A stretch of 64,000 nt of DNA from a virus. Below are positions 61,201-64,000 of the stretch, piece by piece. The stretch is from IMG/VR virus record IMGVR_UViG_3300042508_000910. One strand, given 5' to 3'. The position numbers and the translations under genes are program-made. The notes below the pieces were generated by a model. The model worked only from the letters and a program-made list of their open reading frames with translations, searched no databases and was not told the origin of the DNA. Positions within the stretch are counted from its first letter, which is position 1. Each line of letters opens with the position of its first letter.

Positions 61201-62872
61201 TAATGGAACTAGCGCGCAACAATTTAGAATTTATAATATAACTGGCACAAATACTGGTGAATTTGGATTAGTTGGTTGGATTAATTCTGGTTTAGTAATT
61301 GGTCCTCAACAAACAAACTCTGGTATTCTTCGTAATTTAACTTTAACTGGTTCTAATATTAATTTATCTGCTACTGGTAATATACTTATTGATAGAAATA
61401 GTCAAATTATATTTCCATCTAGATTTGGAGGAATATCTACAAATCCTAATAGATTATATACAGATTCTCCAACAGATACAAATAACAATTATTATTTTTA
61501 TGGTGGAAATGGAGGAGGAAATTTCGTATTTAATAATTCAGATGGAAATTGGAATTTAGTATTAGCAACAGCTGGAGCCATAGGTTTTACTCAATCAAGT
61601 ACTGCGCAAAAAGGTTCTTTTTCTCCAGATGTTTTATTATATAGAGATGCCGCAAATACATTAGCTCTTCGTAATGGAACTACCTCTCAACAATTTAGAG
61701 CTTATAATACAACTGGCACAAATTCTGGCGAGTTCGGTCTATTTGGTTGGCAAAATAATAATCTAATCATCGGAGCTCAACAATCTCAAAGCGGAACTCT
61801 ACGAGATGTATTTTTAACTGGTCGAAATGTTAATATCAATGCTTCTGGCGTATTTAATATTTTTGGTAATACTAATATATTAGGAAATCTTAATGTAACA
61901 GGAAATATTTTCTTAAGTGGTAATCCTGTACTAACTGGAAGTAATCATACTCATCTTTGGAGTCAATTAACTTATGATAGTCAAATCGGAAGTGCTAACG
62001 CTGGATTTGCGGGTAGAACTGCTGGAGGTAATTTAACTTTATACGCAGGAACACAATCAACGGCAGTTCCAAGTTTTTATGGTTGGGACGGATTCTCAAA
62101 TACATCTTTTACAGCAGCTACAGCAAGAACAAATCTTGGACTAACGAGCACCGCAACTGCTGTAGAAAATACATTCGTAAGAACAACTGGTGATCAAACT
62201 ATTGGCGGCAATAAAACATTTACTGGTATTACTACATTCTCTGGTCAAGAAATTAATCTTGTAGATACAGCCCTTAATCTTAGTGGCGTTGGAGATATGA
62301 CATTTTCTGGAACTAATATTAATTTTATAAATTCTCCAGTATTTATAAGTGGAACAAACTTAAGAGTTAGTGGTGATGTATCAGCATATAACGTATATAC
62401 AACTGGCAAAATTGGAGTAGGAACATCCTCTCCTACAGAAAAATTAGAAGTAGCTGGTAATATTAAATTTGGTGATGTTGCAAATGGTTATTCTGCTAAG
62501 TTTATGATGTGGGACCCTGCAAATGCCGTATATAATACTGGGGATTGGTATGATAGCCAACTTACATTAACGGATTCTGCAAATAATAAATCTATAGCAT
62601 TAAATTTCTATGGAGATACAAACTCTCTAATATCTAACGGTTCAATACTTAGACTTCCTTCTGGTAAAGATGATTTTATCGCAATGGATAGCGAAGTTGT
62701 TCATAAAACTGGAAATGAAACTATCTCTGGCATTAAAACTTTCATAGGAAACCATATTATTAGTGGAAATACCACAGTAAGTGGTTCTATTAATATTAGC
62801 GGTAATTATGATATATATTCTCAAATAGAAAATGTAAAAAAATTAGCAATTGCCTATGCTATAGCACTATAA
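58262..62872 (+). CDS. Long modular tail fibre/adhesin
   Basis: 1536 aa, G/T/N/S-rich; YAT.TNLA.TGSTL repeats, five G(D/N)(Q/E)TI.G.KTF motifs and five FR.YN.TGTNSGEFGL.GW modules. Confidence 0.8.
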   Translation: MAEIQVDVTLPSATSVDVTSPTQALAANVIIPGPQGPRGLPLSLNNITSDYITITGQDGNYVYTGLNTIYISGNSGYFQSAINTLTTNLNLTGANLNTSINNLSGLFTGYTGSLDATYATDSQLQQTGSSLVNSINSLSGTLTSTYATITNLALTGSTLQTQINNLDNTYATDIALASTGNTLQTQINNLGTTYATVTNLALTGSTLENKIGSLSGTLTSDYATIINLASTGTTLQNYINSLSGSSVLLYGNQTIDGTKTFRDKVYIHDLYVTGTEFIANVQNNFIESPYILLNLTGGATDGGIFFVTGSGLTGINDLGPIIGFDHTDKFKFGISSRGSDLSTLNDIAAFQDITAYSGFVNNKYATIINLASTGSTLQNQIDNLGNTYATVTNLASTGSTLESKIASLSGSAVLLYGDQTISGDKTFTQNINISGTGTFNAVDLNNIDQLSLSGIDISVTSSTVNVYGNILISGNPVLTGIPDANWASQAEINSLSGQVVFTTGDQTINGLKTFTSGIDIYSGTNPQSIRVFNQTGTNTGEFGLFGWQNNQLVIGSQATNSGILRNITITGSNINITTTGEVYIGDGALRVGKNTAGGTNIIAAGTNVLSLQGNATNGGYGNVAIGPNGAAQFFVPLYGYPQVRSDGYYAWSNNIGNAASTPDLYLYRDSAGILAQRNGTSAQQFRVYNSTGTNSGEFGLIGWITGSGFSPSFIIGAQATNSGILRSLIITGDSISYSGKRLTIAHANAGLFFDATGPTIRGNHWGAGDAGFVTYRNGLDMGRGGAKFLRVDAGSPTVIVGNGATSSLAGIGFDGTNSNLDLPDAFIIRDASGVLSLRNPRTNLGNSPQQFRIYNTTGTNSGEFGLIGWQNNQLFIGAQKQISGILRDIVVSGANINLYAMGDGTVQGGQLQIPYNTDYNSLTFRNIQSNVNYLQLKRYLGSTSGPLFTTIGFASSISTNSASTADLLVERDAAGILAQRNGTSAQQFRIYNITGTNTGEFGLVGWINSGLVIGPQQTNSGILRNLTLTGSNINLSATGNILIDRNSQIIFPSRFGGISTNPNRLYTDSPTDTNNNYYFYGGNGGGNFVFNNSDGNWNLVLATAGAIGFTQSSTAQKGSFSPDVLLYRDAANTLALRNGTTSQQFRAYNTTGTNSGEFGLFGWQNNNLIIGAQQSQSGTLRDVFLTGRNVNINASGVFNIFGNTNILGNLNVTGNIFLSGNPVLTGSNHTHLWSQLTYDSQIGSANAGFAGRTAGGNLTLYAGTQSTAVPSFYGWDGFSNTSFTAATARTNLGLTSTATAVENTFVRTTGDQTIGGNKTFTGITTFSGQEINLVDTALNLSGVGDMTFSGTNINFINSPVFISGTNLRVSGDVSAYNVYTTGKIGVGTSSPTEKLEVAGNIKFGDVANGYSAKFMMWDPANAVYNTGDWYDSQLTLTDSANNKSIALNFYGDTNSLISNGSILRLPSGKDDFIAMDSEVVHKTGNETISGIKTFIGNHIISGNTTVSGSINISGNYDIYSQIENVKKLAIAYAIAL

Positions 62873-62888
62873 TATAAAGGACAATAAT

Positions 62889-63740
62889 ATGAAAAAACTT
62901 ATCACAGGATACCAATTTTTAGCAAATAGTAGAATAGTTAATTTTACTGAATATGGACCAACAAATCCAGTAATACTAGATAATCTATTACTAATAACAA
63001 ATGTTAGCAGAGGACAAATAATATATAACTTTGCAGACACAGCAGCCACAGGATCTGTTAATTCTACTAGCGGTTTTCTTCTTGGATATAATACAACAAG
63101 TATGGCGAATGCTGATCGTCTTCAAATATTTTATGATGCTCCAACAGAAGACGTTGATTTTGCTACTGGATATCTTACAGGATATATTACAGGGTCTGGT
63201 ACAAGTACAGGTTTATATTCTTCTCCAATAAGATTCGATTATCAATCAGTAGGTGGTCGCGCTGTTGATGTTGCTTCTGGTTTTTTTCCTCAATACAATA
63301 GAAATGCTCACGCAGTATTAAATATAGATTCTCAAGGCGGTGGTGCATTAACTTTACAAGCAGATCTTGATAAAGATATTGACAGCGTCACAGCGTTTCC
63401 TCCTGTTGGTGGTTATGCTAGTAATTATTCTATTCAAACTGGAGTAGGAACAATTATTAGTGGTAATAATAGCCGACTTGCTTGGGGCATAACAAATTAC
63501 GGTACAGGAAATATTTATCTAAAATTTGGAGCAGGAGCAACAGTAACAACTGGCACAAGTTTTGGCATAACAAATGTGATAACTGGTAGCAGTTTCAATA
63601 TAATATTAAAAGGTGGCAATACTGAATTTGATAATAATGGTGGTTCATTTTTTGATTTTACTCCAAAATATAATGGACCAGTAAGTGTTGCAGGTTATCC
63701 AAATCAAAATATTAAATACATAAGTTGGGAATTAGTATGA
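62889..63740 (+). CDS. Putative tail-associated virion protein
   Basis: LLLITNVSRGQIIYNFAD...LQIFYD; follows the tail fibre gene. Confidence 0.55.
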   Translation: MKKLITGYQFLANSRIVNFTEYGPTNPVILDNLLLITNVSRGQIIYNFADTAATGSVNSTSGFLLGYNTTSMANADRLQIFYDAPTEDVDFATGYLTGYITGSGTSTGLYSSPIRFDYQSVGGRAVDVASGFFPQYNRNAHAVLNIDSQGGGALTLQADLDKDIDSVTAFPPVGGYASNYSIQTGVGTIISGNNSRLAWGITNYGTGNIYLKFGAGATVTTGTSFGITNVITGSSFNIILKGGNTEFDNNGGSFFDFTPKYNGPVSVAGYPNQNIKYISWELV

Positions 63741-64000
63741 TAGAGAAAAAAGTAATAATCAACTCACCAATTATATCAGAAGAATTAGCTGAAATTTTAA
63801 AACAAGTTAAATTTCTTCATTGGGATGATTCTGGTCACACTATCACAAGACCAGCAGAATTTGGTTATACTATTATGCCAATGCCAATCAAAGATGGTCC
63901 AGAACCAGAGAATCCTTCTGCTGAAGATGTTAGACCAGTAATTGGCTGGTGGTTTATTTGTATTGTTCCAGAAGATTTCCTTCCGCCAGAAGGGGTAACA

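Noticed and set aside
58262-62872. Diversity-generating retroelement target
   Set aside because: No reverse transcriptase is in the window and I saw no TR/VR pair differing only at adenines; the repeats are protein-level modules.

Overview
This window is a 64-kb, AT-rich, gene-dense segment of a large tailed dsDNA bacteriophage. The host is possibly a PVC/Verrucomicrobiota bacterium; this is an inference from one host-like small gene. Layout: (1) 1-33.4 kb, almost all on the + strand: PurA, an acyl carrier protein, Hsp20, a thioredoxin-like protein, UvsE, DNA ligase, rIIA/rIIB, a RuvB-like ATPase, an Ogg-like glycosylase, a deaminase, a 3D-domain protein, MazG, three tRNAs and many short hypotheticals. 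(2) 33.4-45.2 kb, a visibly GC-richer accessory region of small promoter+gene cassettes that converge at ~41.0 kb and include six more tRNAs. (3) 45.4-64 kb, late genes on the + strand: lysis cassette, putative prohead protease/scaffold, major capsid protein and a 1536-aa modular tail fibre. The standout signal is in region 2: nine copies of a 73-bp element made of two 25-bp palindromes (TAAGTnnTTGA-nnn-TCAAnnACTTA, whose halves resemble the IHF consensus) exactly 48 bp apart around a 23-bp GC-rich spacer, plus two solo palindromes. These elements sit at the boundaries of promoter-gene cassettes, some of which are clear duplicates of one another. Other notable signals: several promoter-driven structured non-coding RNA candidates; atypical tRNAs (Ser-ACU, long-arm UAU, short-arm Leu-UAA); widespread leaderless-type promoters; a GTGTAA candidate late-promoter motif; and a sigma54-type promoter upstream of hsp20. 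All family assignments are from motif recognition by eye; no database search was run.
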